Assembly: GCF_009914755.1 (NCBI RefSeq)
Contig: NC_060934.1
Source: the human T2T-CHM13v2.0 reference genome, Homo sapiens
DNA: 64,000 nt
Strand: one strand, 5' to 3'
Positions within the stretch are counted from its first letter, which is position 1. The number at the start of each line of letters is the position of its first letter. The notes below the pieces were generated by a model, which did not search any database, had not been told where the DNA came from, and saw nothing but the letters and a program-made list of their open reading frames with translations. Position numbers and translations under genes: made by a program. This document shows, piece by piece, positions 42,606 to 55,984 of this stretch.

Positions 42606-43152
42606 TAATTGTCAAAATAAATGCAGGATTTGTGTTCTATTTTGCTCGCCTTCAAGCATATATAAGCCTTGGGAGACCAGTACTGGAGAAGAGGGGAGGA
42701 GAATACTCAGGGGCGACCCTGCACAGCTCATGCTTTGGAACAAGGACACAATGAACAGAACTGATTGAATTGTAGGCCTGACTCTGCACTTACTGGCATG
42801 GGGAACTTGGCAGCTCACTACATCTATGCCGTCTCACCAGTCCAAATTACAATAGGGGAATACTTAGAACTAACTTTTTGGCATTTTTGCAAAGAACACA
42901 CATGATATCTCATTAGCATATAGTAAGTACCCCAAAATAATCAGCCATTGCACAATAATGCTCACACTCAACGTGCAGTTATCAACACATGTTTGAATTT
43001 ATTATATGAGAAAAGGATGAACTTTTCGTAGAAATGAAAATGTCTAAGTCAATGCCTCCTCTTGAACTGTCTAAAAAAGACAGGAGAGAAGCTTCCAGAA
43101 GGACAGCATGTTTCTCCCCTCTTTAAACATCCAGGATGGGAAGGAAGAAGCC

Positions 43153-43279
43153 ATATGTAATCATCATTTTTTTTCTTTAAAAAGCCTTTGTCTTCCTTTA
43201 CTTCCCTAAACAAATGTGTAACTTACTATGTTGTACGTATTCTCATTTCAATGACCTATTCCCAAATAAATAACATTTT
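43153..43279 (+). mobile_element. Second fragment of the same LTR family (3' portion only)
   Basis: Aligns to 42439-42586 (TTACTATG...ATTCTCAT...CCTATTCCCAAATAAATA..CATTTT...AGCCTCCTTCTG). Confidence 0.85.
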
Positions 43280-44044
43280 CTTTTTGAAAGCCTCCTTCTG
43301 GGAGGCTTGGCTGAGCTGAGCACGCAACGTGCAGCGTGCCAGAACTCTGAGGAGCCACAAAAGCTACCAGCAAAAGAGTAACAGAGGAGCAACAGCCTGG
43401 GGAGAGGCTGAGAGGAGGCAGGAGGAGCTTGTGATGAGACGGAGAGTGCAATCCCAATGGGAAGAAAGAGACTCAGCGTGACAAGGCCTGGATGCCTGTG
43501 GCTCCTCGTGCAGGCTGGAGACAAGCAACGCCAGCGGATCGAGCTTTGCGCATCTGAAAGACCTCAACCAAAGCTGCAGAGCCTTCGCTGTGTGATCCGT
43601 CTGGGAACAGGAGTGACGAGTGACCGCGGCTCCCTTGGATGCTGTTTCTGCTGAGGCCATGGAGCGGGGACAGGAAAGCAGAGCTGAGTGTCGGTCTCTG
43701 GCAATAGCAAAGCAGGAGCTTTCCACGTACCCACCGTCATCCAAAATAGCACTCCATTCCACAGGTTTCTGCAAACCAAGGGCTCGGTCCATGGGCGTGA
43801 GGAAAGGAGGCAGCAAAATATTCCATCAAATTGTGCTCAGGTCTGTGGAATTTCCCTTTGGGGTTCATAGCCAAAAAATGTGGATTTGATGAAGGAAATT
43901 AAATCATTGGTAGGGGGTTGATTTCCAACCAATTTTTAAGTTTATAACAGCAATGATGCTCTTTTGTGAGATATGGGAAGTCACCTGTCTTGGTGAAATA
44001 TTTACCATCCAAGTAAATATTGAACATTAGCAAGCAAGTCCAAC

Positions 44045-44337
44045 TTTTTTTTTTGAGAAAGGGTCTTGCTCTGTTGCCCAGGCTGGGGTGCAGTAGTGTG
44101 ATCATGGTTCACTGTAACCTGGAACTCCTGGGCTCAAGCGATCCTCCCATCTCAGCTTCCTGAGCAGCTGGAACTGCAGGCACATACCACCACACCTGTC
44201 TAATTTTTGTATTTTTTGTAGAGATGGGGTCTCACTATGTTGCCCAGTCTGGTCTCAAACTCCTAGGCTCAAACAAATCCTCCAACCTCAGCCTCCCAAA
44301 GTTCTGGGATTACAGATGTGAGCCACCAGGCCTGGCC
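44045..44337 (-). mobile_element. AluJ
   Basis: GGGTCTTGCTCTG...AACTCCTGGGCTCAAGCGATCCTCCC...GGGGTCTCACTATGTTGCCCAG. Confidence 0.93.
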
Positions 44338-44406
44338 CTAAATTTTTACTACCTTCAAAATATATTAATCTTGCCCCTTCTGATGCTTTTTAATAATATT
44401 ATAGTA

Positions 44407-44718
44407 CAGTCCTTGTCACTTAATGAGAGGAATACATTCTGAGAAATGCATTGTCGGTTGATTCCATGGTTGTGTAAACATCACAGAGTGAATTTTATAC
44501 AAGCCTGGATGGCGTAGCCTACCACACACCAGGTTTACCCATTGCTCCTAGGTCATGCACCTGTGCAGCATGTGGCTGTACTGAATACCATAGGCAATGG
44601 TAACCAATTTGTGTATCTAAACAGATCTACACATAGGAAAGATACAGCAACAATATGGTATTATAGTCTCATGGGACCCTGTTCATATCTGCTGTTCATC
44701 ATTGACGACATATGGCTG
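44407..44718 (+). mobile_element. Tigger3a-like DNA transposon
   Basis: TA|CAGTC...TTCTGAGAAATGCATTG...AGCCTACCACACACC...ATTGCTCCTAGG...CTGTACTGAATAC...ATGGGACC...ATGGCTG. Confidence 0.88.
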
Positions 44719-45869
44719 CGTTAAAGAGTCTACTTCTCAGATGATGTTGCCTGGGCAGGTTCGTGCTAACAGAATGATTTCCAGTACTCCAGAGCTTAGT
44801 TTCCAAAGATACACTCTTTTTAAGGACGTTTTTTTTCTTCAATTTTAATTAATGGTTGTCTGTTTGATAAACCTGGTCCTCTGGAGATAGAAACGCAGAG
44901 TCAATTCTACGGCATATAGTGCCAAAGAATGAACTGGCAACAAAAATAAAAGCAAATGAACGAATGGATGAGGAGTTCTGCAGTGGGGAGCGATGTCTAT
45001 ATCATGACTGAGCATGCAATGTGGCAGTCATGTGAGGCGGGTTGCATTTGCCTGGGTAGTGGCCTTGTTCTGTCTCTTCCTGTCTTAGCTACTGATATTC
45101 TACACATACATCCCTTCAAATTGGTTTCTAAATCCCTAACTTGCTGCCTTTCCTCACAGTTTGGAGCTTTCTTCTGGTCTTAGGCCTCTGGAGGGTGAAA
45201 CTCTGGCCACCCGTCAATATCCCAGGAAGAGGGCTGGGAGTTCCTGCAATGACTTTTTATATGGTCAGTGTGAAATCAGTCCCCTGAAAAGATACCTTCA
45301 AATGTCGTAAAGAAGAGGCATTAACTGCAAAGTTCAGGTCGACAAATCTTTAAGGGAGGCAAGGTCCTGAGTCTTCATCTATAACTAGGTGAAGATGTGG
45401 ATTAGATTTTGCCAGAATCTCCAATGACTCAAGTGTGCTAAGAAGAGAGATACCGCTTTTATCTTTTGTGAATCTCTTGTGGGGATGACGCAAAACATAA
45501 AAGTTAAGTGGCTCTTTCTTGAAAAGGTTCTTCTCTACTGTTGCCAATTACAACACGAATTATTTTCCACGTCCTCTTCTTTCTCTTCCCCAGGAAATGC
45601 ATTGCTCATTTGAAATGACTTCTCACACACAGACCAGAACAGCTAGGAAATGAGTGTGCGATGGAGGGCATTTGCTTGCTGATTCATGTCCTCGTGTGTT
45701 TCAGAAGCTACTCTGTGCACACTGGGAACATGCCCTCTTATCTGAGAAAAACCTTGACTTGACTGTTCTGAGATGATTCTGCCCTGACTGGGCCACTCGG
45801 TGCCACTGAGAGCGCTTTTATGAGATCCTGCACTTGATAAAAGAAGCCAGGGGACTTAGGAACAGATGG

Positions 45870-46279
45870 TATCTTAGTCCCTTTTGCATTGCCATAAAGG
45901 AACACCTGAGGCCGGGTAATTTAAAAAGAAAAAAGGTTTATTTTTGCTTACGGTTCTGCAGGCTGTACAAGCATGGCATCAGCACTGGCTTTTGGTGAGG
46001 CCCAGGAAGATTTTAACCACAGCAGAAGGTGAAGGGGGAGCCTTCCCATGGCAAGAGAGGGAACAGGAGAGAGAGGAGGAGGTGCCAGCCTCCTTTAAAC
46101 AACAGCTCTTGATTGAACTCAAAGCAAGAACTCATTCATCACCAAGGGGAGGGCACCAAGCCATTCATGAGTGAGTGCCCCCATGACCCATGCATCTCCC
46201 TCCAGGCCCACCTCCAACACTGAGGACACAGGGCCACGTTTCAACATGAGATTTGGAGGAACACATCCCAACCACGTCA
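45870..46279 (-). mobile_element. MST (MSTA/MSTB) solo LTR
   Basis: TTAGTCC...ATAAAGGAACACCTGAGGCCGGGTAATTT...TTCTGCAGGCTGTACAAGCATGGC...TTTCAACATGAGATTTGGAGG. Confidence 0.9.
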
Positions 46280-46793
46280 GCCAGCAGTAATAAAATGCCC
46301 ACAAACAGCTGTGGGAACCACGCTGTCACTTCTGCCCCCTGCCAGCTCCCAAGCCCTGGAAATATAACAGCATGTGCACGGAAGGAAGACCCACGCGAGC
46401 ATACGGTAGCACACCAGGTAAGTGAAGGCCTGGCTCTGGGGAGGCCAGGGCCACAGTGAGGTTTCTCAGCCTGGCTCCACCTCCAAGAACAGAGTGCACT
46501 GAGGTCACAGTGAGACCATAGCCCTGGAACTGGCGGAACCCAGAAGGGGACAAAACAAACCTGGTCTTCCCCAAAATTGCTCATGCTTTAAGTTGTGAGA
46601 GGGATCCTGGTGTCATCAGGACCTGAAGAAGAGCATCCCAGTCCTGAAGGCCAAATATTCCCAGGTGAACAGAGCGCCGGCCACCTGTCATTGCACCCTC
46701 CTAATGCCCATCTCCCCAAGCCACAGAGACCAGCAGACCCTGGGAAAAGCCCCCGAGGCTGCCGAGATCAGGCATCAGAGCAGGCACAAGGGC

Positions 46794-47181
46794 TGTGTCA
46801 GTCCATTCTCATGCTGCTGTAAACAACTACCTGAGGCTGGGTAACTTATAAAGAAAAAGGTCTAATTGGCTTACAGTTCTGCAGGCTGTGCGGAAGCATG
46901 GCTGGGAGGCCTCAGGAAACTTACAATCATGGTGGAAGACGAAGGGGAAGCAGGCACGTCTTCCATAGCCAGAGCAGCAAGAAGAGGGCAAAGGGGGCGG
47001 AGCCACACACTTTTAAACAACCACATCTCGTGAGCACTCACTCACTATCACGAGAACAGCAAACAGCAAGGAGGAAATCCGCCCCCATGATACAGTCCCC
47101 TCCCACCAGACTTCTCCTCCAACACTGGGGGTTACAATTAGACATGAGGTTTGGGTGGGGACACAAATCCAAACCACGTCA
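46794..47181 (-). mobile_element. MSTA solo LTR
   Basis: GAAGCATGGCTGGGAGGCCTCAGGAAACTTACAATCATGG...CACACACTTTTAAACAACCA...TTTGGGTGGGGACACAAATCCAAACCA. Confidence 0.92.
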
Positions 47182-49349
47182 GTGGCTGTGCTGGCTCCTC
47201 TAGTCCACGCCCTGGATGCTCAGAGCCATTCCTCCTGCCACGGGCGTCCTTCAGATGACCCTGCTGGCCGGCGGAGCCTGGAGAAACCAAGGCACTCACA
47301 CCTGAGAAACTTCAGCCTCCTTCAGCTGTGACTTATGGCAGCGGCAGGGCCTGCTGTCAGCGGATGAGGGACAGCTCCGTAAACCAGCCACAACGAGTCC
47401 TATTTTTCGACTGTCTGTCATGGTGACTAATCACAGCTCCTTGCTCTCTTCTCCACCTCATTTTCAAGTGACTTCTTTTTTTCTGCAATTCATAAATCCT
47501 CACTTTCATGTAAGGCCTCTATATGATACTTTATCAAATGCTTTTTGAAAGCCTCGGCAGAAAATATCACCCATGTCCTGGGCTTCTTTCTCTCAGCTCT
47601 TTCTTCAGTAATGGAATCAATTTTTTAAAGAGGGAGACACACAGTGTGTTGGGGGTAGACTTTGCCTCCCTCGGAGGATCTCAGAGAACTTAATGCCAAG
47701 TCTGTGTAGCTCACCCACATCCTTTGCCTCTTGAGAAAGGAGAACATACATTCTAGATTCTTCCTGCAGTGCAAACCTCTACTTCCATGAAATCTTTTAA
47801 CTGTTACTCTCCCAAATATTCTCTATTCCAAAGAGGTGGGAAGCATGTGTTGTCTGTACAGCATGAAAACAGAGAGGCATAGAGAAAAAGCTGCTGTGAC
47901 ACAGGCCCCCTGCAAGGCTGACCTCCCATCTCTTCCATTACCCTTCCCGAGGAGCAAAGGGCTTCTCCCCAGCAGCTGTGACCAGAAGACCACAGCCTGG
48001 ACGTGCCCTGTCCTCCCTCCCAGGCCCTTCCAGCCTCTGTCACAGGCAGAGGTGGGAACTGAAAACTCAGAGCTGCCCGGAGTCGAGGATGCTGCTGCTG
48101 CTGCCAGGTAGGTTTAAAAACAAAGAATTGCCCTGGAACCCTCTTGCTTCCTCGCCGCCTAGGATCCCAGGACCCCGCAGCACTGCTCTCTGATGCTTTT
48201 GCCATTCGCCTGTGTTATCCATGAACAGAAGGACGTCAGTGGGCGTTGTCCTGAGCACTGTGGAGGTACCCAGGGGAAAAGACCAAAGCTTCCACCCTCA
48301 AGGAGTTCAGGACTAATGCCAGAGACAGAGGAGGGGATGACAAACCCAACAGCAGGTGTCAGGAGAGGTCTCCAGGGCGCCCCGGGAAGACCATGCTGGG
48401 AAATGCAGCCTGCCCTGGGCCAAGGACTGTGACCCACAGAGAGATCACTGGTGCTGCTTTCCTCTTAGCCCATCTCTGCCTTTTGTTCACCATCTCCAAG
48501 TGCAAGCCAAGCTCTTCCCTCACTCTCCATCCATCCATGAGGGGACAGGCAGGGCAGCTCCTGACAAGACCGTCACCCTTAACTGTCCATGCATTAGGTG
48601 GGTGAGCAGGACGAGAGAACTTGCCTGTGCGTCCAGAAACCAGCCAAGTTCACATTTAATTCACTTAGATTATCTCACACTTAAAAAAAATACAAAGAGC
48701 TAAATTCACTGCCTGATGAAGAGACAAGAGATTTTTTTTAACATTCTTTATTTTTTATGTGCCTAAGTTTTGTCTCATTAACATTCTTTAAAAATAGCTC
48801 TACGTTAGCCTTTCTATGGACTGGATAGGAGCCTGTGACAATGGCACAGTGATTTGGGGGCCGATTTTCCTTAAATACCTCTCCCATGAGATGGTGAATG
48901 CTTTTGCTACGTGGAAGCTTCAGGACTGTCTAGTCCGAACAAGCTGCATAAATGGAGGGATTCTTACCATCCGACCTGGTCTAATGTCTGCCTGATCAAG
49001 ATTCCTCGGTGGCTCGTGGTTCTGACTGATTGGGCCTTCTCAGTAAGATCTCCTATCACAACAGGGAACATTCAGAATGGCCTCCGACCAGCACTGCCTG
49101 CACTTCCTTTATTAAACCCCTTTGTTGCAGCTTTATTATTTAGCTGTAAAAATCAGTATGAGCTAAAGCTCAAGCTACAAGCCGCAGAGAACTTTAAAAA
49201 AAATCATTTAAACTGCATTTTCAGGCACTGGAGGATTTAGAACATTGGGAACTTATAATGACAGAAAATAATACCCAGCCCTTGTTTCAATTTTCTGCTT
49301 AACCCTGGTGTCCAGGAAAAAAGTTTCTATTTTTCTAAAGTATTGTCAC

Positions 49350-49947
49350 TGGATTAGTCCATTTTCACACTGCAATGAAGAAATACCCAAGACTGGGTAA
49401 TTTATAAAGAAAAAGAGGATTAATAGATTCACAGTTCATCATGATTTGTCCCAGTGACATAACGGCAACTGATTCCACAAGCAACATAATTAAATAGTAA
49501 AAATGTTCGGTAAAGAATGTAAGTGGTAACTCTTAAGTTTTACCGCTTTCAGCACCTACAATCCTCCTAATTATTGACATAGGTGTTTATTAGTCCATTT
49601 TCATACTGCTATGAAGAAATACACAAGACTGGGTAGTTTATAAAGAAAAGGAGGTTTAATGGACTTACTGCTTCAGGTGGCTGTGGAGGCCTCACGATCA
49701 TGGGGGAAGGTGAAGGGGAACAAAGGCATGTCTTACATGGCGACAGGCAAGAGAGTGTGTGCAGGGGAACTGCCCTTTATAAAACCATGAGATCTCATGA
49801 GACTCAGTCACTATCACGAGAACAGCATGAGAAAGCCCACTCCCATGATTCAATTACCTCCCACCGGGTCCCTTCCATGGCACATGGGGATTATGGGAAC
49901 TACAGTTCAAGAAGAGATTTGGGTGGGGACACAGCCAAACCATATCT
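49350..49947 (-). mobile_element. THE1 (THE1C/D-like) composite: LTR fragment 49350-49443, non-LTR filler, full LTR ~49586-49947
   Basis: ATTAGTCCATTTTCA..CTGC.ATGAAGAAATAC.CAAGACTGGGTA occurs twice. GTCAC flanks the whole unit (49345-49349 and 49948-49952). Confidence 0.92.
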
Positions 49948-50024
49948 GTCACTCTATGGAAAATATTCTTTTTTTTCTAAATCTTTGATTATCTCTCCAA
50001 ATGATACATTAGTTATTTAGAACA

Positions 50025-50089
50025 TTTAATATGTGTATCTGGAAATAAATTAACTTTTTAATATGTATATCTGGAAATAAATCAGCTTT
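50025..50089 (+). repeat. Tandem duplication, 2 x 32 bp
   Basis: TTTAATATGT(G/A)TATCTGGAAATAAAT at 50025 and 50057. Confidence 0.9.
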
Positions 50090-51049
50090 TCCATTAACAT
50101 GGTCACGTTTAGCTTAGTGAAGTAAGCACGAACCAGAGAGTGGTTAAAGTCTAGACTAGCGTTCTCCCAAGTGTGGCCCATGGAGTGTGTCTATCCCAAC
50201 ACCTCTGTGCCTGCCGTGACCTTCAGAATGACCAGCTCTAGAGTGGAGCTGGAGTTTAGCAGCTGCACAGAAGACCGGCATGCTGCTGAAGCTTGCAATG
50301 CAGCATGCTGCTGACCCCCTGCTCAAGCTGAGCTCTGCTCCTTGCCAGGGAGCCCCGCCCATACTCTGGAACTCAGTTCCCTGAACCACTCCCCGCTCTG
50401 AGCTTGGGTTCCGATCATGCAAAATTCTCTTCTCTCTGAGGTTCCCTTGAATTCCTCCCTTCCCTTTTCCGCCTTCACCTTTGTGAATGTCCCATTCCAG
50501 TTTCTGTTCCTCTGCCTCTTCCAAAGACCTTCATTCTCTCAACACTACTTTACTCACCCAAGTTTTCCCCCAAACCCTGTGACATGCATTATTCCCATGT
50601 TCTTTTCCTAATATTTCCCTATAACTTTTAGGACTTTTCTATCTTACCCCCATGTATCACTGGCATTTTATTACGTGGTGTGATAATCGTGGTGGTTTTA
50701 AATTAGAGGTATTTACAAAGCTACACCTAGCACATATTAAACACGGATAAAGACGCACCTGGAACACTTCCCTCCTAGCCAGCTCTGCACTGACAGCCCA
50801 GGAGAAAGAAGAGGACTGGCTGGCTCTTCTCCCCAGCTGGCTGGGGACTCCAGGAAGCCCAGGAATGGTGAAGAAGCCGAGGACGGGGACTCTGTCCCGG
50901 ACAGTCCTGCAGCCAGACAGTGCTCCCTGTCAAAGTCCCTCTGTGTCACTAAGATGCCGGGACTCGTCCACTTTCTGTCCTTTCTGCACTTGAACCCCCA
51001 CACTGACTTCACAAGTACTGAGGTGGGTCACATGAACAAGTGCAGCAAA

Positions 51050-51790
51050 ATGAGATGATAAGGAAGGAAACAAGGTCACCCCTCTTGAATCCAACCTTCC
51101 ATCTCACCCCAAAGGCATGACTTCTCTACTGCTTTGTCCATTATCTTCAAACCTTTCCCTAGTGCGGTTTCTTCCCCGCCCTACTCTCAGCTGATGACTG
51201 TGGCTCCGACCTCACTGAGAAGTGGGAGCCATTGGGAGAACTGCTCAGTGCCCTCCCCACATCCACAGCCTCCCAGCGTGTCCCTGGGCTCTGTCCCTCA
51301 TGCTATGGGTGTGTTCCTCATGTTTCCAAGCCAAGGACAACTCCGCCCACCTCTGTAGCTCAGTCAAGAGCAGTACTTGGCAATTGCCCCTGCTCCCTCA
51401 TGTCAGAAATCTCCTTTGCACCTGTCATTCCTTCAGAGTAAAGTGTTATCCTTTCCCCATCTTAAAGAATATCTCTCTTCACCTCATTCCCGCTCTCACC
51501 CCATTTCTTTGCTCCCTTTTGCAACAATGATCCTCCCAAGAGAGGTCCTCCTTGGGTGTCTCTGATCACCCTCCTCCCTTTTTTCTTTACACCTCTTAGT
51601 CCAGCACTGAGTAGTTTCACATCCTCACTCCCTCCTACCTTCTCAGTGAGACCTACCTGACTGCCTGCTCCAGGACTGAACTCCACCAGGGCAACCCTCC
51701 CTGCATGCCCAAACCCCAGTGCCATTTTCTTTCGCATAGAACTTACTGCCATTGAACATACTGTGCGTTTTTCCCTACCGGGTGTAATTT
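51050..51790 (+). mobile_element. Probable L2 internal fragment
   Basis: C/T-rich text with L2-like motifs (CTCTCAGCTGATGAC, TTTCCCCATCTTAAA, CTCCCTTTTGCAAC, CCAAACCCCAGTG). Very diverged. Confidence 0.45.
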
Positions 51791-54414
51791 CATTCATTCA
51801 TCCCTAGTCCCTCAGGCAGTGTCTGAAACAATAGATTATTTAAGTTAATAAACACCAGGCTAAGGAATAAATGGAATACTGTTGTTCAGCCCCCTTCCCA
51901 TCCCGCTTCCAAACATCCCATTAAAATCCATATTCATAATACACACAGCAATTATCAAGAGAGGCAAAAAGAAAGCTGAGAGCATTACTAATTAAACTGT
52001 AGGATTCTAGGACCCCCTGGGAGATTGCAGGTTATAGAGTACCTCAAGTCTATTCATCTGGATAGCGATATTCTAAGACAAGTAGGTCTCATACCAAATG
52101 GAGTGAGAGTTGCAAGTCAACTAAGCCCCTCACACAACAAACACAATCCAAGAAGAAATTCTTCCTGCATGTGGAAAGGAGTGCTGTTCACCCTCAAAGC
52201 AGATCCTAGTTAATGCACTGAGAATTCAGAGAAGCTTCCAGGCAAGAAGAGAGAGAAGAGAGGTCACGGCAAAGGCTCCTGCTCCTTTCTTTGGGGATTC
52301 ACTGCGGCTTATCTGACTCTATTTCCGAGCTCCCTCTGGTAGACCAGGACTGTGCCAGTGTAACACAGAGGTCTGTTTATTCCCTCACCCAAGCAGCCAA
52401 CACCAAAGTGTGGAGAGAAATGCAGAAGGCGGTCTCTGCGCCCCGAGAAACCCCATCTAATACAGGTCTGTCCCGCTGCAGACCCACCCAGCTACCTGTT
52501 TGAAAACAGGGTACACAGGCAATGAGTTTACAACTTGTTTATTGAATAAACAACCATAAATGCAACAAAACACCAGGGGCCTGATATCCTCTTCACATTG
52601 TTATAAACCTCCGTCTTTGTGTTTTTTGTTTCCATTCCTATTCTTAGTTTTATTGTCCTTTCTAGAGTTGGAATGAACCCCAGAGGACCCCTTGGTTTTA
52701 ACTAAAATTCTCTCTCTACTTCTATAACACTTAAGCTAAACAGAGAAAATAATAGGAAATGATACTCACATTTTCCATGTCTACTCCAAGAGTTACAAGA
52801 CAAGACACACATGTTCATCCCAGGGATAAAAAATGTCTCTGGGATAATTAGCAACCATAGCATCACCCTTGGGGGTGTCTTCTGGATTAAATATTCTATA
52901 AGGGTGGTACTTCTTGTTTTTAACCCAGACAAATCAGAAAACAGATACTACTGAGCCTGCTGTTCTGAGGCCCAATGGGGGACCCCAACTATGCAATAGA
53001 AACAGACTGACCGGATCCCCAAGACAGAACTAATATGTGGATAGTGACTTGGAATTTCCTCTAAAAGTGGAATTTCCTAAATACAGACACCATAAAAACC
53101 ATGCTTCATAAGACAATTATTTAAAGAGTGTGTCTTTGCTTCTTTTATTCATGCTCAGCTGTGCTTTCTGTCTTCTGCCAATCCCCGGCACCAAAGAGAT
53201 ATTTTTCTGGGTTTAATTTATGGACTTTCCATTATGAAAACCATAGCGATACGTACTTTTCTCAAACTAAACACCACCCATTGGAGAATCTGCAGGTCTC
53301 TCCTCCCTTCCCAATTGAGAACTACTAATTAAACCAGAGATCACATACGTGAGAAAAACCTCCTTTTACCTTGAAAACCTCCATTGATGTGGGCCCTTCT
53401 GTACATAATTGAATCTGGGACACCCATTAATTGTTGGTCACAATAACTTATGGACACCTGCGTGCGAATAATATTCCACCCGTGAGTGTGCGAGGACGGA
53501 AAGGAAGTGAAGATACATCCAAGCTCTGAGGAACTCACCCTCAGCTCAAGGACAGACATGCACTGATGACAGAGCTCCTTAGAGCCTCACAGCAGCCAGA
53601 GGATGAAGAAGAACAGGTGCAGTGCAAGCTTATCACATGACAGGGCTCCATAGTGACGTTGACACGATGGACCGTGCTTCCTTCAGATCTCCTTCTCTCT
53701 GCCGCACTCGGCTTAGTCTTCCCAGATTACTGAATGACTGTCCTGCTCACCTCCCTCCGTCCATTCATTCCCCTGGCTCTGCCTGCTCTCCAATGTGGCT
53801 TCCAGTGTTGTGCTTCTGAAACTCAAGTCTGATGGTGCCACTCCACGGCTTAACACTCCTCCCTTTCTCCCCCTGCTGCCACAGGAGATGAAAAAAGTCC
53901 TGTATCTAGGTGGGGTGGATCTTATGCAAGTTGGCTACTATGAGAAAAACAACAGCCTGAGCTCAATGGCAACTAGCAAGTAACCCTTGGCCTCCCTGCT
54001 GGAGGGACAGTGTGGAGGGAGAAAACTGTGGCAAGCCAGGAGCATTCCTTCAGCCCCAAGGAGGAGGCAGCTGCGCAACACCTGTCAAGTACTGTCGGGG
54101 AAACATCTGGACCTACAATGGCCACATTCTTTTTTTTATTTCTCAAGAAATACTAGTAATCTGAATTTTTAAATTAAAATATCTAGAGTTTTTAAAAGTT
54201 GGAAGTTAATTAAATAAAGTTAAAATACTATGAGTTAACTTCAAGCACACAAACAAATCACAGCTGTGGGCCAGGTACCTGGTTTGTTACCTCTAACCTG
54301 CAAGAGTAAGTCAGACCACCTTAGCACATGCCCCAGTTCCCTCCAGGCCGTGAACGGCTTTTCATCATCTGATGCCAGCCAGACGCTCAGAATCAGCTAA
54401 CCCAGCACAGTGTG

Positions 54415-55150
54415 TACAAACACAATCACACACACACACGCAATCACAACACAAACACACATACACAATCACACACACACAATCACACAAAAACACCCAC
54501 ACACAATCACACACACAACCAAATACACAATCCCACACAGACACGCACACAATCACACACACACACAACCAAATACACAACCCCACACAGACATGCACAG
54601 TCTCTCACACACACACACAACCAAATACACAACCCCACACAGACATGCACACAATCTCTCTCTCACACACACACACAATCACACACATACAAACACACAC
54701 ATAATCTCACACAGACACACACACCTACACAATCACACACACAATCACACAAAAACACCCACACACAATCACACACACAACCAAACACACAATCCCACAC
54801 AGACACGCACACAGTCACACACACACAACCAAATACACAACCCCACACAGACATGCAATCTCTCACACACACACAATCACACACATACAAACACACACGT
54901 AATCTCACACAGACACACACACCTACACAATCACACACACAATCACACACAAACACCCACACACAATCACACACAACCACACAATCCCACACAGACACGC
55001 ACACAATCACACACACACAACCAAATACACAACCCCACACAGACATGCACACAAGCTCTCACACACACACACACAATCACACACATACAAACACACACAT
55101 AATCTCACACAGACACACACACCTACACAATCACACACACACAAACACAC
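54415..55150 (+). repeat. CA-rich compound minisatellite with ~200-bp higher-order repeat
   Basis: TAATCTCACACAGACACACACACCTACAC occurs at 54702, 54900 and 55100. The sub-block ACAACCAAATACACAA(T/C)CCCACACAGACA recurs. Confidence 0.95.
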
Positions 55151-55430
55151 AGTTTTTCCTCCCACCCCATGAAATGACTTAGGGTCCTGCTGCTCCATGC
55201 CTTCCACGTTTTGCTCTGAGAGCCACCGTCCTCCCTGCTCCCCGCAGGAGGCTGATGCGCCTTCTTTTAAGTCGAAGCGTCACTAGGAGGGTTGGCCCAT
55301 ATGGATGCCCCCTCCCCTCTGCAGATCTGCCCACTTCCTCCTTGGGACTTCTGCTGGCCGTAGACCCTGCAGTCCATTCCTGCACCAGTTTGCGTCTACT
55401 CATTTATTCTCCTTCTGGAGAACCTCCTGA

Positions 55431-55750
<320 letters not shown>

Positions 55751-55829
55751 TTGACCTTTCCAGAGTTAGTATTTCATCAAACCATTTGACAAAACTCAAT
55801 TCTGTCTTTTAAAATATGTCAGGTATTTT

Positions 55830-55975
55830 TTTCCCATTAGAGCATAGAATGGTGATTATCAAGGTGGGCTCTGGAAGTCACCTGCCTGGGTTCACAACAA
55901 TCCATCTGTGGAGCCTTGAACAAAATATTGAACTTCTCTGTGTCTTGGTTCCTCATGCCCAAAATAGTAGTAATT
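55830..55975 (+). mobile_element. MIR fragment
   Basis: GGGCTCTGGAAGTCAC.TGCCTGGGTTCA...CCTTGAACAA...AACTTCTCTGTGTCTTGGTTCCTCAT. Confidence 0.7.
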
Positions 55976-55984
55976 CGAGTCTAT

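Noticed and set aside
45350-45547. Protein-like 65-aa ORF (MATVEKNLF...)
   Set aside because: It starts at TTG with an in-frame stop immediately upstream, partly resembles MIR sequence, and has no recognisable domain.
45870-47181. Two MST LTRs as one provirus
   Set aside because: The LTRs differ structurally, the 514-bp spacer does not resemble MST-int, and there is no shared flanking TSD.
54365-55207. His/Thr-rich ORFs up to 256 aa
   Set aside because: Translation of a CA-rich minisatellite.
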